Source: Octopus vulgaris (lineage: Eukaryota). From it: a stretch of 64,000 nucleotides of DNA. A model generated the notes under the pieces. The model did not search any database. It was not told the DNA's origin and saw only the letters and a program-made list of their open reading frames with translations. A program made the position numbers and the translations under genes. Location: assembly GCA_951406725.2 (NCBI GenBank), contig OX597829.1:34844001-34908000 (forward strand), in the 5' to 3' direction. Below are positions 25,525-38,390 of this stretch, in pieces. The number at the start of each line of letters is the position of its first letter. Within the stretch, counting starts at the first letter, position 1.

Positions 25525-27013
25525 CTAAATTAAGTTAAGTTAATTTTTTGGCTCAAAAAGCAAAAGCAAGGCCATGTAGGGGGACATGGAGTTATGTACA
25601 GGGAGGGTGTTCATGCAAAGAGTTCAGGCCATTTCTGGTCAAGAGAGTCTTTGAACCGAGCGGTCGTCGGCATCTTCACCATCTCGTCTGGCAGCTTATT
25701 CCACGGATCCGCAACCCGGACGGAGAAAGCCCCTCTCCTTCGATTGAGATGAAATCGACGCAGATAGAGCTTTTCGGAGTGACCCTGCAGCTGACGCTCT
25801 GGAGCAGGAGTGAAGAACAGCTCTTTCGAGAGGTTACACTTTCCGCTTATGATGTTGTGAGCGAGAATGAGATCACCACGGCGTCGTCGTTTTTCTAGAG
25901 AATAAAGGTCAAGCGTCTTCAGCCTTTCTTCATAAGACAAATGCTTGAGACCAAGAACCATGCGGGTAGCCAGCTTCTGGACTCTTTCGAGATGATGTAT
26001 GTCTTTGAGGAGATAAGAAGAGGCTTGAATCCTGTACTCCAATAAGGGTCTCACCAGCGTGACATAGAGCAGTAGGAATATGGCTGCTGTGAGCATTCCG
26101 AATGACTGTCGAATCAAAAACAGAACTCCGCATGCTTTGTTGGCAGCATGGACGCATTGGGCCGAAGGCAAAAAGGAAGAATCCATCAAGATACCCAGGT
26201 CCTTTACCTGGTCGGTCCTCTCCAGCAGCAGACAACCTGGCCTGAAATCAAGTTGAGTTGCAGAAGAGGAGCCAACAGGCAGATGACAGCACTTTGACAT
26301 GTTCAGACACAGGTCCCATTCGTTAGACCATCTCCAAACTTGGTGGAGACATCGACGAAGATCAGCTATATCACTGCGAGGAGCAATCAGTTTGACATCA
26401 TTGGCAAATAGAAGGGTGTGTTGCGTGAGGTCGTTGAGCAAGTCATTTATGAAGACTAAAAACAATAACGGCCCAAGCACTGAACCTTGAGGCATGCCAC
26501 TGCTTGCACTGGAGATGTCGGACAGCAAACCATTAACTTGGACTTGGAAGGGTCGATCTGAGAGTAAAGCACCAACCCATCGTACAATATCTGGATGGAA
26601 ACTATATGCTTGAAGCTTGACAAGTAATAGCTGGTGGTTAACCGAGTCAAAAGCTTTGGCAAAGTCCAATAAAACGATGTCAACAGCATCACCATCATTC
26701 AGGATACGCGTCACCAATTCTTCCATTGCCAGTAAGTTGGTCAAGCATGATCTCTTCGGCACAAAGCCGTGTTGGGAATCAGAGATAGAGGTTGTGTTTT
26801 GGAGGTGGAGCAACATACTTTTCTTGAGGATGGTTTCGAACATCTTGCTGATTATTGAAGTAAGGGAAACCGGTCGGTAGTTAAGCGGGTCTTCGCGGCT
26901 CCCTTTCTTGAAAATCGGGCAGATTATCGCTGTTCTCCAGTCTGCAGGTACAACACCCGTTGCCAATGACATATTGAATAGAAGTGTTAAAGGTTTGCAG
27001 ATGACCGGAGCCA
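25525..27013 (-). mobile_element. CR1-group LINE, 5'-truncated, RT region still open (25611-27013)
   Basis: NYRPVSLTS, QHGF, LDFAKAFDSV, GMPQGSVLGPLLF, FANDVKL (catalytic D to N), KDLG, LERVQKLATR; (CTTAA)n-like tail. Confidence 0.92.
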
Positions 27014-28125
27014 TGTACACATGCACTTAATGATCATGAAAAGAAAAGGGGCATGAAATGTTACTAAATGTGGGCAATGCATGAGAGAAAGAGAGCCTGC
27101 TTATTTTGGACCCAACAGAGGGACTAGCTATCCTAACTAGCTGCAGTATGATGGATAAAGCAATTGGGGAAATGATGACAGAGAAAACCCCTGGTTCATC
27201 AAGAATTACTGCTGAGATGCTTAAAATATCTGATGACCTTATTCTCATAGAAGAATTAGTAATAGAATTACAAAAGTAATTTCAAGCATGGAAACAAAAC
27301 TTGGAATTAAAGGGTCTTAAAATTAACTTGGCAAAAATCACCAAAGTTCTAGAAAACAGGGAACCAGTCAGGACTTTACACTTTTCAGGAAAATAGTGCA
27401 GCACAATATGCAGAAAAGGTACCCAGAGAGCACTGGACACATCATACAGTGCATCCAGTACAAACCAGGGACACAATAGAATCACAGCAAGATTAACAGA
27501 TTTAGGAATCTTCATATGTGGCAGATACACAGGAGCAATAAATTCTAAGAACACGGAGGAAATAGATTTTCTTGAATGTCCAGGAGGATCCCCATAGATA
27601 GAAAGATAGCTTTTGCTATCTAGGTGACTTAACTGGCAGTGTAAGGAGATGCTCTGAAACTATAGTGACCAGAGTAAGAATAAGCTGGAGAAATTTCAGA
27701 AACTTATTACCACAGAAACAAAAGGTTTCTCTCTCAGAGTAAAAGGCAGCTTGTATATCAACTGCAATGTTACATGTATGGACTCTGAATGCAGAGGACA
27801 TGCAAAGTTCAGAAAGAGGATGTGTGGTGAAAGTATAGATAAATGCTGTACATAAATGTGTTGAGAGAAAAATTGTTGCATAAGAGAAATTAGCAGTTCA
27901 TAGTGTGCAAAAGAGAAGACTGCATTGGCATGAGTATGTGATATATATGGTTGAGGACAGCTGTAAAAAGAAGTGCCAATTGCTTAATATAGATGAAATC
28001 TATAGAAAAGAAAGATGTGAGACAAAGCTGTGAAGGCTGTTCTCAAGCTGTTGACCTTCATAGAGGAGATGGCCAAGAAGTAAGATGATTGTCAATTTGC
28101 TGTGCTTGTGAAAGCCTGTTTGTCA
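27014..28125 (+). mobile_element. Old RTE LINE relic (upstream piece at 25456-25521)
   Basis: Degenerate matches to the RTE copies, e.g. actgctgagatgcttaaaatatctg, ctatctaggtgac, ctctcagagtaaaaggcag. Confidence 0.75.
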
Positions 28126-28556
28126 CAGTTCAGGGCCCAGCTCTGTGCAAACACATTTTACCCCTGTCAAACCTTCAACACCCTATCATCTTCCTATTCC
28201 TAATCCTTCATTGCTCTCCTAACTACAGCATTATTCTGTTATAGTAATTAAATGAGAAATAAAACTACATATTTTATTCCATTTTGTGCTACCAGTTATT
28301 TATTTTCACAACCATGAACTAAATCCTATGGAAATCCACATCTCATTCTTAACAAATCCTTATATCTGATCTTGATGACCTTCCCACTTTTGTTTGCAAC
28401 TCACAAGATTTGCCTCTAATTAATCTAAAACCTATAGTTGTTATTGTACACCTCTTACTCTCTTCTACCAACACTCTTGCAACTTTTGCCTGCCCCCACC
28501 CATCATCTCCTATCTCTCATCTATCATCATCATCATCATCATCATCATTATTATTA

Positions 28557-29070
28557 GGTGAGAAAGCAATGCATGCCTTCAAAGTAACACTGGGGTACAT
28601 ATATACAAAGCCCAATATACACATCATGACTTCCCATCTGATAAAGACACATAAAGCACATGCATCACAACCATATATCTATGACATGGTGATCTCATAT
28701 CAAGATAAACAGCACATGACCTTGCAGGTGGGGCTCAGTTAGTTTTCTTCTTTATCCTAACAAAACAGCCATGTTTTGTTAGGATAACGAACAAAACAGC
28801 CATGTTTCCAGGAGCAAATTATTCAAACAATAAAAGAATTCCTCTCAACATGCTCCCCCACTACTTCTGCTTGTGATCAGAGATATACATATTGTCAGCC
28901 ACTAACTGGCTATTGTCAACCAACTGATAAGCAAATCTGTGGTATTGAGCAGAATATTTGCTGTAGCCCATCTTTTATACCAAGACAAAACAATGTACAG
29001 ATAACGCTTCCAATCAGTTAAAATCAGAAGCCATGAGAGCCACACCACTGTCTGGTACTGCATCAGGACA
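28557..29070 (-). repeat. Unclassified interspersed repeat (second partial copy at 41990-42062)
   Basis: gcatgcc..caaagt.acactggggta..atatac.aagccca.tatac.catcatgact occurs at both sites next to (ATT)n. Confidence 0.55.
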
Positions 29071-29189
29071 TTTTATCATTATTATTATTATTCTGCTCTA
29101 TTATTATTATTATTATTATTATTCTGTATCTTATAGCGGAAACAGCTGTAAGCTAATGAAGTTCATAAGATAATCACTTAATTCTTCTG

Positions 29190-29790
29190 TCAAGACCCAT
29201 CAAGCTGAGCAAAATCGCAGCCATGGCAGATACTGGTGTCACGTAAATGACACCTTTCTGGTGGCACGTAAAAGCACCCATTACACACTTGTGATGGTTG
29301 GCAATAGGAAAGGTATCCAGCTGTAGAAGCCCATGCCAAATCAGACTGGAATTTGGTGCAGCCTCCCAGCTTATCAGCTCTGGTCAAACAGTCCAACCCA
29401 TGCCAGCATGGACAACAGGTGTTAAATAATAGTGATGATGATATATCATCATCATCATCATCATCGTTTAGCGTCCGTTTTCCATGCTAGCATGGGTTGG
29501 ACGGTTCTACTGGGGTCTGTGAAGCCAGAAGGCTTCATCAGGCCCAGTCAAATCTGGCAGTGTTTCTATGGCTAGATGCCCTTCCTAACGCCAATCACTC
29601 CGTGAGTGTAGTGGGTGCTTTTTACGTGCCACCTGCACAGGTGCCAGACAGAGCTGGCAAACGGCCACGAACGGATGGTGCTTTTTACGTGCCACCGGCA
29701 CGAGGCCAGACGGGGCGGCGCTGGCAACGGTCGCGAAACGGAAGGTTCTCTTACATGCCATCGGCACTGGTAACACATCTGCAATTTCCA
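29190..29790. mobile_element. Two RTE 3' fragments tail-to-tail (+ 29190-29441; - 29446-29790)
   Basis: gtccaacccatgccagcatgg..gatgatg|atata|tcatcatc..ccatgctagcatgggttggac. Confidence 0.85.
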
Positions 29791-30642
29791 TTGATCGATT
29801 TCGAAGATGCACTGTTTATATCTCGAGATGCAGCACGGAATTTTGTCAGTGAACAGGTCGTGGTCTCAAAGTGCCGAAAATATTTTGGCAAATTAAATTT
29901 AAATGTTGAAGTGAATCTAACGGTTTTGTGTTTCTTAGATGGAAAATATAGTATTTTCTGACAATATAAGGTGTATTTTTTCCCACCCAAAATTTTCCCC
30001 AAATGTCCCCATTGCACTTTATATGCTGAAGATCAAGTTTTGGACAGACTTGGTTAATGTTATTAAAGATGGCCAATACAGGTGATGGTGGAGATCAGTG
30101 GTGATATTTGGTAGTGTTAAGGGAAGTATTGTAAGTTAGCCTAATAGTTTACTAAAGGATGTTAGTCTAAATTTCCATGGTTCCTAAACATGAAAATGTG
30201 TGACATTCAGCTGAAGTTTTCAGGGTTAGCTGCAATTTTTTTTTTTTTGCAGAGTGATGATGATGATGATGTATGCTCGAAAATATGGAACTCTTTGTAG
30301 ATTAATTATAAGAGTATATTCAGAGAAAAAAAATTTGTTCTGTTTTTTTCTCTCCTCTTCCAACACATTTAAATTTATTGTTGGTTTCTTTCATTAAAAA
30401 TTTCCGTATAAAATAACAGAAAGAAAATAATATAAAAATGAGAAACATTAGAAAAATACTGCCACTGGTTAAATTGTTGACTTCTTCTTTGAATGTATAT
30501 CAATTTACTTAGACATGAAATCTTCCAGAACTGCTTTCTATGTAGTGTCTTAAAATTTGTGTGTGCATGCTTGTATGTATGTATATATATATATATATGC
30601 GCACGTGTGTGTGTGTGTGTATGTATATATGAGTGTGTCTGA

Positions 30643-30677
<35 letters not shown>

Positions 30678-30682
<5 letters not shown>

Positions 30683-32560
30683 GGGTCCACCAGGGTTCAG
30701 TACTCAGCCCCCTCCTATTTATCATAGTACTCCAGGCAATTACGGAGGAATTCAAGACAGGCTGTCCCTGGGAGCTCCTCTACGCTGACGACCTTCCTCT
30801 TATTGCTGAGTCACTATCAGAACTGGAGGAGAAGTTCCAGGTGTGGAAGGAGGGTTTAGAATCAAGGGGCCTTAGAGTCAACCTAGCTAAAACCAAAGTA
30901 CTAATAAGTAGGAAGGTAGACAATCCACAAATGTCTTCAGGAAGATGGCCCTGTTCGATCTGTAGAAAAGATGTAGGTAGAAACTCTATAAGATGTACCC
31001 AGTGTAAGCTATGGACACATAAGAGGTGCAGCAATGTCAAAGGTAGGCTAACTGGGAAGATAGTTTTTGTATGTGGCAGATGCTCGGGAGCATTAACCTC
31101 CGAAAATCTGCAGAAAACAACTTCCGTCACTTTCCAGGGGGAAAAACTAGAAGTAGTTGATAGCTTCCGTTATCTAGGTGACCAAGTCAGTAGTGGGGGT
31201 GGGTGCGCTGAAAGTGTAACTGCTAGAATAAGAATAGCCTGGGCGAAGTTTAGGGAGCTCTTACCTCTGCTGGTGACTAAAGGCCTCTCGCTCAGAGTAA
31301 AAGGCAGACTGTATGATGCGTGTGTACGAACAGCCATGCTACATGGCAGAAAAACATGGGCCGTGACTGCTGAGGACATGCGTAAGCTCGTGAGGAATGA
31401 AGCCAGTATGCTCCAATGGATGTGTAATGTCAGTGTACATACTTGACAGAGCGTTAGCACCTTGAGAGAAATGTTGTACCTAAGAAGCATCAGTTGTGGT
31501 GTGCAAGAGAGACGATTGCGCTGGTATGGTCATGTGGCGAGAATGGATGAAGATAGGTGTGTGAGAAAGTGCCAATCCCTAGCAGTTGAGGGAACCCGTG
31601 GAAGAGGTAGACCCAGGAAAACCTGGGACGAGGTGGTGAAGCACGACCTTCGAACTTTAGGCCTCACTGAGGAAATGACCAGCGACCGAGACCTTTGGAA
31701 ATATTCTGTACGTGAGAAGACCAGGCAGGACAAGTGAGCCCAGCCCACTTATGAATGCCTTTTCTCCCTTGGACACAAAGACCTGTTGAGGCAAGCGAAG
31801 TCGATATAGAACCTCATCCGATGACAGACACCCATGCCAAGCCCCCATGCTTGCGAAGACATGTTGGGGCAAGCGAAATCGAAATCGAAACCGAGTTGAA
31901 CCAGCCAGGATCCCTGGCCTGGTGGTACGTAAAAAGCACTATCCGACTCGTGGCCGTGGCACGTAAAATACTCCAATGCGACCGTATGACAGGCACCCAT
32001 GCCAACCCCCTTTGCTTGTGAAGACATGTTGGGGCAAGCGAAATCGAAATCGAATTGAACCAGCCAGGATCCCTGGTCTGGTGGTACGTAAAAAGCACTA
32101 TCCGACTCGTGGCCGTGGCACGTAAAATACTCCAATGCGACCGTACGACAGGCACCCATGCCAACCCCCTTTGCTTGTGAAGACATGTTGGGGCAAGCGA
32201 AATCGAAATCGAATTGAACCAGCCAGGATCCCTGGTCTGGTGGTACGTAAAAAGCACTATCCGACCCGTGGCCGATGCCAGCACCGCCTCGACTGGCTTC
32301 CGTGCCGGTGGCACATAAAATACACCAATCTGACCGTGGCCGTTGCCAGCCTCGCCTGGCACCTGTGCAGGTGGCACGTAAAAAGCACCCACTACACTCA
32401 CGGAGTGGTTGGCGTTAGGAAGGGCATCCAGCTGTAGAAACATTGCCAGATTAGACTGGAGCCTGGTGCAGCCTCCTGGTTTCCCAGAACCCCGGTCGAA
32501 CCGTCCAACCCATGCTAGCATGGAGAACGGACGTTAAACGATGATGATGATGATGATGAT
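30678..32560 (+). mobile_element. RTE LINE, 5'-truncated: RT C-terminal half with PHD-like insert, repeat-rich 3' UTR, (GAT)n tail
   Basis: GVHQGSVLSPLLF, LLYADDL, GLRVNLAKTKVL, FRYLG, RRLRWYGHVARM, RGRGRPRKTW. One premature stop at 31444; starts in a (TA)n tract. Confidence 0.95.
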
Positions 32561-32811
32561 ATATCGTTGCTATTATGCAAAAGTGTTGTAAGTACAAAAT
32601 GTTGCTTTTTCAGAAAACGAAAAAATAGTTTCACCATTCCATAGCAAAACTGTTGTACTACACTTAGACAATTTCTGATATCTTGACATCTGAAGCAGCT
32701 GGAGATACAATAGTTTGACCAAAAGATCTGGCTATTGCAAAAATAAATATTGAAAGAAGCACATTTAGCTAAATTTGAACATACTACAATTTAACATAAT
32801 AGCAACGATAT
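32561..32811. mobile_element. MITE-like element, ~250 bp
   Basis: 17-bp TIRs atatcgttgctattatg / cataatagcaacgatat. Confidence 0.65.
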
Positions 32812-33144
32812 ACATATATATATATATGACACACATGCAGTTGGTGATTTGTTTTCTGTCTTTGAACTTTTCCAATGAAGCAGAAGAGAAGTTAGGAGTT
32901 TCTACAGCTGGATGCCCTTCCTAACACCAACTACTCCAAGAGCGAAGTGGGTGCATTTTACGTGCCACCAGCACGAGGGCCAGTCAGGCAGTACTGGCAT
33001 TGACCACACTTGAATGGTGCTTTTTATGTGCCACCCACATGGGACCAGTCAGCTGGCACTGGCATTGACCACGCTCGTGTATATATATATATATATATAA
33101 ATAAAAGAATGGAGTCGAACGACGATTTAACAAAATTCCTTTAT

Positions 33145-33225
33145 TCTCGACATATGTTTCGAAGACTGCATATTCATAATTTCAAAGGAATAAGGGGTGC
33201 ATTATGCTGCCTTCTCATCAGGAAA
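33145..33225 (-). ncRNA. Type-I hammerhead ribozyme (Penelope-like minimal form)
   Basis: tttc-CTGATGA-gaaggcagcata...tatgcagtcttc-GAAAC-atat-GTC-gaga: intact core, G-C closed stem II, palindromic stem III, GUC triplet. Confidence 0.85.
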
Positions 33226-33387
33226 GACAAGGAACTTATTTATAGTAAAAAAACACACAAATTTTCACACAAAAGCACGTGATCTCTGCCCTTGGCATGT
33301 AGCTTCAACCGTGTTTTCTGATGTGAATTTGCTACCCGGGTATCGGTTAACCGAATTATCCATACTAGGATAATTCATTCAACTACT

Positions 33388-33419
<32 letters not shown>

Positions 33420-33499
33420 GTCAATTCAATATCAAAATCTTTCTTTTTCCACCAAGCATCAAGCTAATACATTCCTTGTGCATGTCCTCTTGTTGTCCA

Positions 33500-35340
33500 T
33501 TATATCTTGACAGGTCTTCTGAAGTACAGCATATTGCCAAAGGTCTCGGTTACTAGTCATTGCCTCTGTGAGGCCCAACATTCAAAGATCATGCTTCACC
33601 ACCTCATCCCATATCTTCCTGGGTCTCCCTCTACCACAGGTTCCCTCCACAGTTAGAGATCATTGCTTCTTCACACAGCTGTCCTTGTCCATACACATCA
33701 CATGACCATACCAGTGCAGTCTCTCTTGCACACCACATCTGATGCCACTTATGCCCAACTTTTCTCTCGAGACACTTACACTTTGTTGTACATGTACACT
33801 GATATTGAACATTCAGCAAAGCTTTCTGGCTTCATTTCTTTCAAGCCTACACATGTCCTCAGCTGTCACAGCTCATGTTTCACTGCTGTATGGCATAGCT
33901 GTTCAGGCATCATACAATCTGCCTTTCACTCTGGTCCTTTGTTGCCAGCAAAGGTAGGAGTCTCTGAACTTTGCCCAGCCTAATCTTATTCTCACAGAAA
34001 TGCTCTTGGAATATCCACCTCCACTACTAACTTGATCACCTAGATAACAGAAGCTAACTACTACCTCTAACTTACCACCCTGGCAGTTGATGGAGTCTAT
34101 TTTCTGTACATTTTCAGTGTTTCTTGTACCTGTGCTTCTTACACATACAAAAGCTATTTTTCCTGTTAACCTTCTTCTGATATTGCTGCACCTCATATGT
34201 ATCCATTGCTTGCACCAGGTACATCTCATGGAGTTTCTACATATGCCTTTTTTACAGATTGAGCAGGTTCATCTACCTGAAGGGATTTGTGATTTGTCTG
34301 CCTTCCTACTTACCAAGACTTTGGTTTTTGCTAGACCTTGCTTCCTTACCTGGAACTTCTTCTCTAGTTCTGGTAGTGATTCAGCAGTAAGAACAAGGTC
34401 ATCAGCATAGAAGATCTCCCAGGGGCAGCCTGTCTTAAGTTCCTGTTATTGCCTGGAGGACTATGATGAACAAGAGGGAGCTGAAGACTGACCCTCAGTG
34501 AACCCCTACTTCTACCCTGAATTTTTTGCTGTACTCATTGCTAACCCTCACACTACTGATAGCATCCCTGTACATGGCTTGTACAAAAACTCTCACCAAC
34601 TACTCGTTTATCCCTAATTTCTGCATTGACCACCATATAAGGGACTGGGGGATCCTGTCAAAGGCTTTCTCCAAGTCAACAAAAGCCAAGTATAGGGGTT
34701 TATCTTTAGCTATGTATTTCTCCTACAACTGCCTTACCAGAAATATAGCATCAGTGGCACTTCGCCCTGGCACAAAATTAAACTGCATCTCTCCTTAATT
34801 AGTTGGGCTATGACTCTCTCTGTAACTTTCATCACCTGATCCAACAATTTGATACCTCTGTAATTATTTTTTATCTAAAGCATCACCTTTACCCTTGTAG
34901 CAGTTAACTATGTTGCTGCTACACCAGTCACTGGGTATGACTCCTTCATGAACAACCTGATTTACTATATGGGTGACCAGACCATAACTGACACTGCCAG
35001 ATATTTTAAGCATCTCAGCGATGATTCCTGATGGGCTGGGAGCTTCCCTTGTCTTCATATCCTTAATTGCTTTATTAATAAGGTACTGTCAATTTGGATA
35101 GCTGTTCCCTAAATTATGTCAACATTTGGCAGGCCTTCCTCCTCCCATTCATTCTCCACATTCAGCAGTCTTTTATAATGGAATTTCTAAGCCTCTTTCT
35201 TTGCAGAATCATTAAATGCAAGTGCACCATCATCCATGCAGGCACATTTCTCTCCTATGACATCACAATTTTCTTTTGTCATTGGACAACGTATGAGGAT
35301 TCTGAAATTTCTTGCTGAACTGTTTATAATGATCAAAATG
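33500..35340 (-). mobile_element. RTE LINE relic covering most of RT, with the PHD-like insert
   Basis: PSGIIAEMLK, DWCSSNIVNCYKGKGDAL, AFVDLEKAFDR, LYADDL, CTWCKQWIHMRC; frameshifted. Confidence 0.88.
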
Positions 35341-35573
35341 TTGGTGCTCACAAATTATCATTACCTGTACAGGTGCAGCATGTGCCACATATCAGATGGC
35401 GAAATGATTACCAAGCAATGTGAAATGAAGTGTTTTGCTTAAGAACACAACGCAATGCTAAGTCTGGGAATTGAAACCACAATCTTGCAATCACGAGTGC
35501 AACACCCTAACCACTAAGCCATGCACACACATATGTGTGTCTGTGTGTGGGGGGAGTATTTTTATATCTAAGA

Positions 35574-35909
35574 CTAGCACTATGACCCGGCAACGTGGGG
35601 TCATAGTGCTAGTGCATGCATGCGCACATACACGCGCGTACTGTCCGACCAATCACATACAGCTAGCTGGCATTCAATTGGCGTATCAAGTTTCAGGCAT
35701 TTTGATTGGGATTTGGATAGAAAATTCACAAAAAAAAGTCACTTCTATTGATTTTTTAATGGCTTTGCGGGGTGACTGGGGAGGTGCACGACCACCTTTG
35801 GATGGTTTTGAATGACCCTAGAAAGTGCGAGCCCTCTAACTGAAAAATTGTGGATTTGTATAAAGGATACACACACAGACAGACATTTTGTCGTTTATAT
35901 ATATAAAGA
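35574..35909 (-). mobile_element. Non-autonomous Helitron-like element
   Basis: Minus strand begins A|TCTTTATATAT and ends with a 16-bp-arm hairpin ending CTAG|T. Confidence 0.65.
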
Positions 35910-36408
35910 TATAATTTAATATATTTTTGAACCGTGGGTTATTAAAAAAATTAAAAGCAGGCCATTACAAAAAAAAAAATTGCTGATTCCTGATCTGTAA
36001 TCTTGAGCAACTTATGCCAGACTTCACAATCCCTGATGATTTTGCTTGGTCAATCCACATAGATAACAAAACTACATCACAAAAGTTATCATTTCTGTCC
36101 AGGACTAGAAAATACTTAAGCTTTGGTCAATTACTGATCCTTTTCAAAATGAAACTATGTACTACTACTACTACTACTACTACACACAAAAATATCCAAG
36201 ACGATATTTAAAAGCCACCTCAGTGATTCAAAAATATTCATCCATAGACACATCACAGATATACTGCTTCCTTTCATTGCATCTACAGCTACTTCTCTTA
36301 ATTGCTTAGTTATATACCACCTTCATCTAATCTCAGCTAGCATGTTTCCCTTCCTTTCATTACTCCAACTGTTTCTCAATGTTCCACTCTCAAACTTTTC
36401 CACAAATC

Positions 36409-36812
36409 GGCGCAGGAGTGGCTGTGTGGTAAGTAGCTTGCTAACCAGCCACATGGTTCCGGGTTCAGTCCCACTGCGTGGCACCTTGGGCAAGTGTCTT
36501 CTGCTATAGCCCCGGGCTGACCAATGCCTTGTGAGTGGATTTGGTAGACGGAAACTGAAAGAAGCCTGTCGTATATATGTATATATATATAAGTGTGTGT
36601 GTACATGTTTGTGTGTCTGTGTTTGTCCCCTTAGCATTGCTTGACAACCGATGCTGGTGTGTTTACGTCCCCGTCACTTAGCAGTTCGGCAAAAGAGACC
36701 GATCGAATAAGTACTGGGCTTACAAAGAATAAGTCCCGGGGTCGATTTGCTCGACTAAAGGTGGTGCTCCAGCATGGCCGCAGTCAAATGACTGAAACAA
36801 GTAAAAAGAGTA
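36409..36812 (+). mobile_element. Full-length tRNA-derived SINE (CORE-like centre, internal microsatellite, LINE-like tail)
   Basis: A box tggctgtgtgg, B box ggttcagtccc, caccttgggcaagtg, and many copies in the window. Confidence 0.9.
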
Positions 36813-37739
36813 AATTACTTTGCCCAATCTTTCTTTTTTTTTCTAGAATATCGATCATCTGGGATCCCCTTCTCATCTATAGTAGGTTTTTTTTTTATTA
36901 CCTACAACAGTTTTAACATACCGAAGTTAAAAATAGAACAACCATATCAATTTTATCCCTAGTGGAGAGCCTGTGTAGGTCTTGGTCACTTCCACCTCTC
37001 TTAACTAAAAACACTCAGAAACAAATTACATAAACAAACTAAATTATGGTTTATATAGTTAAAAAGTCCCTAAGAAATTCTAGGTATCATCTCTAGTAGT
37101 TAAATAATCACAAAGCTAGAATTTCAAATTTGACATTAATTTTAGTTTATGTTAAAATTAATTCTAGTTCATAGATTTAGGTTATTAGAATATAACTTGC
37201 AGAATTATTATGAAAGTCATTCTAGACACGATCCTCTCTTTCGTTTTAATTCAAATATATTTTACGATGTATTCTACATTTAAAGCAATAAGATAAGATC
37301 TGAGGAAAAGTTGGTTGCTATTTTTCACACAAAGTAACTGTATAGACTTGCCCTTGTTGGTTATATAAAGATCTGAATTGTTGTGTAGCTCCAGATTGCT
37401 CTGACTCAGCAATCCTATAAGATGTACATAGCTGAATGACTCATCATGACTCACAGATTTGTTGGGTCAGTTATATCATTCCTCTTTCGACCTGAGATTT
37501 ATCCTTATAAATTAGACAGCTCTTACCCAGCACCACAACCCTGGCAAGACCATTATATGAAACACAAAGGATGCTTTGGGGCATTGTACAGTCGTCAAGC
37601 CTTCCCACCTCCCAAACTGCAGCCAATTCTTTTTTTCTTACCAAGAATATGTCTGTGTGCCATTTTTCTTTCTTTAGTATGTCTTTTATGCGTATTGTGA
37701 ATTTTGTATCAGCGTTGCATGTAATTTCTTTTGTTTTTT

Positions 37740-38390
37740 GCATGTATATGTGTAATATTTATGTTGTTGAGTGAGAGGGTTGGAGGTATTTGATATTCTC
37801 TGGTGTTGCTGATAAGAAAGGAGACGGCACTGACTGATGCTACATTATGTCAGCTGTTGTGGAACCAGGTTTCCACATGAAGTAGTTATGCAGCTGTACT
37901 TGGAGAAAAGGGTGAGGCTGTGAGTGTGATGTCATGTGCATATGAGACTGTATTTCTGAGGTGTGAGTAGGTCATGTTTGAACAAGTGGAAAAGAATGGG
38001 TAGGAAGATGGATCCTTGAAGTACTCCATTCATGAAATTCTGCTTTGCAAGTATTAGTTTGGTAGTAATAAGAATAATGTGAATGGGAGGTATTTTCATT
38101 GTTGAAACATATGCCCTGTGTTAAGTTCATGTATAGTGTGGAGATTATGTGTACTGGTCAGAATGTGTTTTGATCTGGAAAAAATGTAATGGTTAGTGAT
38201 ATTAAGGACAAGTCTTTCTGAGGATGAACGATATGTATGATACTGTTTCACTTATGCTTTTGAACTGTTAGGATTTCCCCCTTCTGCCACACTTCACGAA
38301 ATTGATGATATTTATGGAAATATTGTCTAATGACATTTCTATATGTTGTTTACCTGCTTATAAACAGTAGTTGAGCAGACCTAGAATCAA
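37740..38390 (-). mobile_element. Highly degraded non-LTR RT relic
   Basis: NGVLQGSIFLPILFHLF and YAHDIT resemble RT motifs B and C. Confidence 0.5.

Noticed and set aside
25611-27026. Functional 471-aa RT gene
   Set aside because: 5'-truncated, FADD changed to FAND, and the start codon comes from flanking sequence.
29130-29152. GAAACAGCTGTAAG half-hammerhead
   Set aside because: No upstream CTGANGA or stem II present, so it was not counted.
31785-32275. Repeat array resembling CRISPR
   Set aside because: The units are near-identical along their whole length with no unique spacers; it is the RTE 3' UTR in eukaryotic DNA.
36409-36480. tRNA gene
   Set aside because: The A/B boxes belong to a multi-copy SINE head; no full cloverleaf.
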